A DNA stretch of 64,000 nt, from positions 11,718,001 through 11,782,000 of the forward strand of contig JBHGNT010000013.1 of NCBI GenBank assembly GCA_043228905.1, written 5' to 3'. The position numbers and the translations under genes are program-made. Positions 61,471 through 64,000 of this stretch are shown in pieces. The DNA comes from Azolla caroliniana (taxonomy: Eukaryota; Plantae; Polypodiophyta). The notes under the pieces were generated by a model that was not told where the DNA came from, made no database searches, and saw nothing but the letters and a program-made list of their open reading frames with translations. Within the stretch, counting starts at the first letter, position 1, and every line of letters starts with the position of its first letter.

Positions 61471-62299
61471 CACAGATGAATGCAGATGGAAGTTAATTCT
61501 AATACACCTTAGTTGGAATTGGGAAGACAATGTATGTTGGCCACTCCATGAGATGTGAGTGTCTCCATTGGAGTTCGTTTTGTCTTACATCATTGGCCCA
61601 TGTGGAACTACATACAAGGCATTAATGGTATCTCTAATGTGCTTAATGAGGATAGGCACGTGCTAAGTTTCCAAGATGTGCCATAATTTACTCTTGTGCC
61701 AACACTAGAGGCATCACATAGGCTCTTTCATTGGGAATTAAAGAATAGTAACATAAGTGTTTGCATGTATGGTTATCAGCTCAACTCATAACATTTACAT
61801 GTTACTTCTCCCATCTCCTTGGGTTCAAGAGCATGCAATGAAACTACAGAAATGGTGGAAGACTAGACATCCTACACTTCGAAAATCAGCTTTGCTACTT
61901 AAACAAAGGGTGTTCTTGTGGCAATGTTAATTTGTGTATACTTTTGGTTGGATTCCACTTACAAAAAAGGAGAACTAGTCATTCTCTTTGTTTGCAATTT
62001 CATTGAGAATCAACAACACTATTTTTTGTGTATGTGGTTGAGGTGAAAAAATAAAGAAAAAAAGGAGAGGGTGTAAATACTCATAGGTGTTTTTTGGATC
62101 CTTCTAATAATCTTTTTTTGGGAAATACTCAAAGTGTTTTGCATGATTTGAAGGCACTTGAACACGCTCACAATACTCAAGTGACCCAAGTATTTCCTAG
62201 GTGATCATAATAGAGTGTTATAGTGTGAATGGACCTTTATAAATGTACAAATAGAGAGTTCTTGGACGTTTATACTCAACCCCCACTAGTGTAGCTTGC

Positions 62300-63500
62300 C
62301 AATAATTGTCTAAATCTACAATGTATGAAAATGTCCTTGTACCAAATCCCTTATTAATGCTTTCAATATGTTACAACCTTCTCGTCAGCATGGATATTCC
62401 GTTTTAGGTCTCATAAGCATTTTTAATGAGTTCCTCCATGTTAACCATTGGCATGCTCTGGGATGGAGATCCCATTTCATTTATTCTAGTTGGGACCATA
62501 TCTCATTGACAAACCTCTTTCTTTAGGATTTGCCACCTTGAAATAGGCCATCCATGGTTGGTTGCTACAGATGTCACTAAAACTCATAATTGATTTGCAA
62601 GACTTGATGACATGCTCATTCTCTTTTTGTTGTATCTACAAACTGTTCTTCAAGTCTTCATACTACTCAATCCTTGAGTAGCCCATCCACACCAACACAA
62701 TTTTCTAGTTGTATACCAAGTTGCATCCTTCCTTCTTGGTCAAATGACCTCAAGAGAAACAGTACCACAACCATCCTTTCATCTTGCCCCATACTCTTCC
62801 TTATCAAGCTCCCTAAAATTCCATAGATTATTATTATCTATTTTGCAATTTCTAAAACGTCCAATAGCTCTATCACTGGATCATCAAGTGAAAATAATGT
62901 CTTAAATCTCGTGTAAATGTAAGCAAAGACAAGTCAAATCTAGATTTTTCATGGAATCAATGATGTCAATAGGTGATCAAGCTGTTCTTGGAGATACAAG
63001 TTCCCTAATAGTAACTTATGATTTTGAAGCTCCCACAATGAGATGATAGAGAAAATTGCTTAGAACTGTAAATCAATTGAAGGAATGTACGAAAATTGAG
63101 ACAATGTCAATGATGACGATTTCAAACTATTATCATATGCTTCAACCTTTCCGTCTCAAAAACCCCTATCTTTAATCTCCCTATCCTTATTAAGTAGACA
63201 TATGTCGTTTAAAATTTCAATAATCAACTTCTAATTGGCTTCATAATACATTCTGATATCATACAACTTCTGAAAGAAATTCAACTTTGAGAAGAGAAAA
63301 CTGGTTTAATCATAGAATCCATCTTCCTGATCTTGCTCCCTTGCTGCCTTATTTGCAAGATCGATTGATTTGAACCATAAAAATGCCTGTTCAAAAACAT
63401 TCAGATAATTGTCAGATTTCACAGGCAACTTCCCATATAGCAACATTTCTATGAGAAAGATGACATCCAGCAAGTTCATGAATATGTACAAAAGATCGGT
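62300..63500 (-). pseudogene. Very ancient gypsy-like pol relic
   Basis: Only traces of an integrase zinc-finger-like pattern (GHL...KD...KT) near 62620-62760 on the minus strand. Confidence 0.25.
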
Positions 63501-64000
63501 TGTTATTGAAATTTGATCACATAGTTTTCAGATTTCCAGAAATGTCAACAAAAGGTTTCCAGATTTCCAGAAGAATCATCAACAGAAGCTTTAAATAACA
63601 AATGCTTGGTTGAGGATCACTACGTTTTAATATATTTATGTTCACCTATATAAGGTTCCTTTATCAAGGTTTGATTGAGCATCCATCATCCACTACAGAT
63701 TTTGAATATCTTCCAAAACACTACATTTCGTTTAACAAATTTTAGCAGGTTTTTCTCTTTAAAGCTGCTAAATCTGGAAAAAAAACTTGAATTGCCATGA
63801 GAATTAAGAATTTTAAGAATGTCTAAACAACTATAAAAGCTCTCCAGATTGTTGGGTAAAAGTAATATTACAAAAACAATTCATGAGCATCTAACAACGC
63901 AAGCATTCTCTAGTTTCTAGCAGAGCGGTAAAAAGGCCATTTAGCATTTTCGTTACATAATGCTACTAACTGTTAGTAGCAATAGGCTAGGTTTGTTTGA

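Noticed and set aside
61470-64000. Possible host gene or promoter
   Set aside because: AT-rich, with no credible exons or long ORF; at most decayed retroelement.

Overview
No host gene is recognisable. The window is a deep nest of plant transposons; the lineages present suggest a non-seed land plant such as a fern (inference). I reconstruct about 14 insertions. B is an intact, very young Ty3/gypsy chromovirus (1554-7336, minus strand) with a -1 frameshift signal and a Tf1-type self-priming PBS. It sits in the 5' LTR of A, a non-autonomous gypsy with a collapsed RT (1296-10686). A clade of gypsy elements with TGTC...GACA ends comprises C, D, G, H and I. C, G and H carry a tRNA-Trp PBS, and all five show 4-bp target sites centred on CpG (full pairs for G, H, I; right flank only for C, D). 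There are Tnt1-like Copia elements (E, J solo LTR, K), another Copia with a long post-RNase H tail (L), two degenerate non-chromovirus gypsy elements (F, which has an extra 3' ORF, and M), and an intron-containing Sola2-like DNA transposase pseudogene (about 47460-51056). The most notable signals are the CpG-centred 4-bp target sites and shared U5/pre-PPT cis elements of the Trp-primed clade, and the self-priming chromovirus. All alignments were done by eye; no searches were run.
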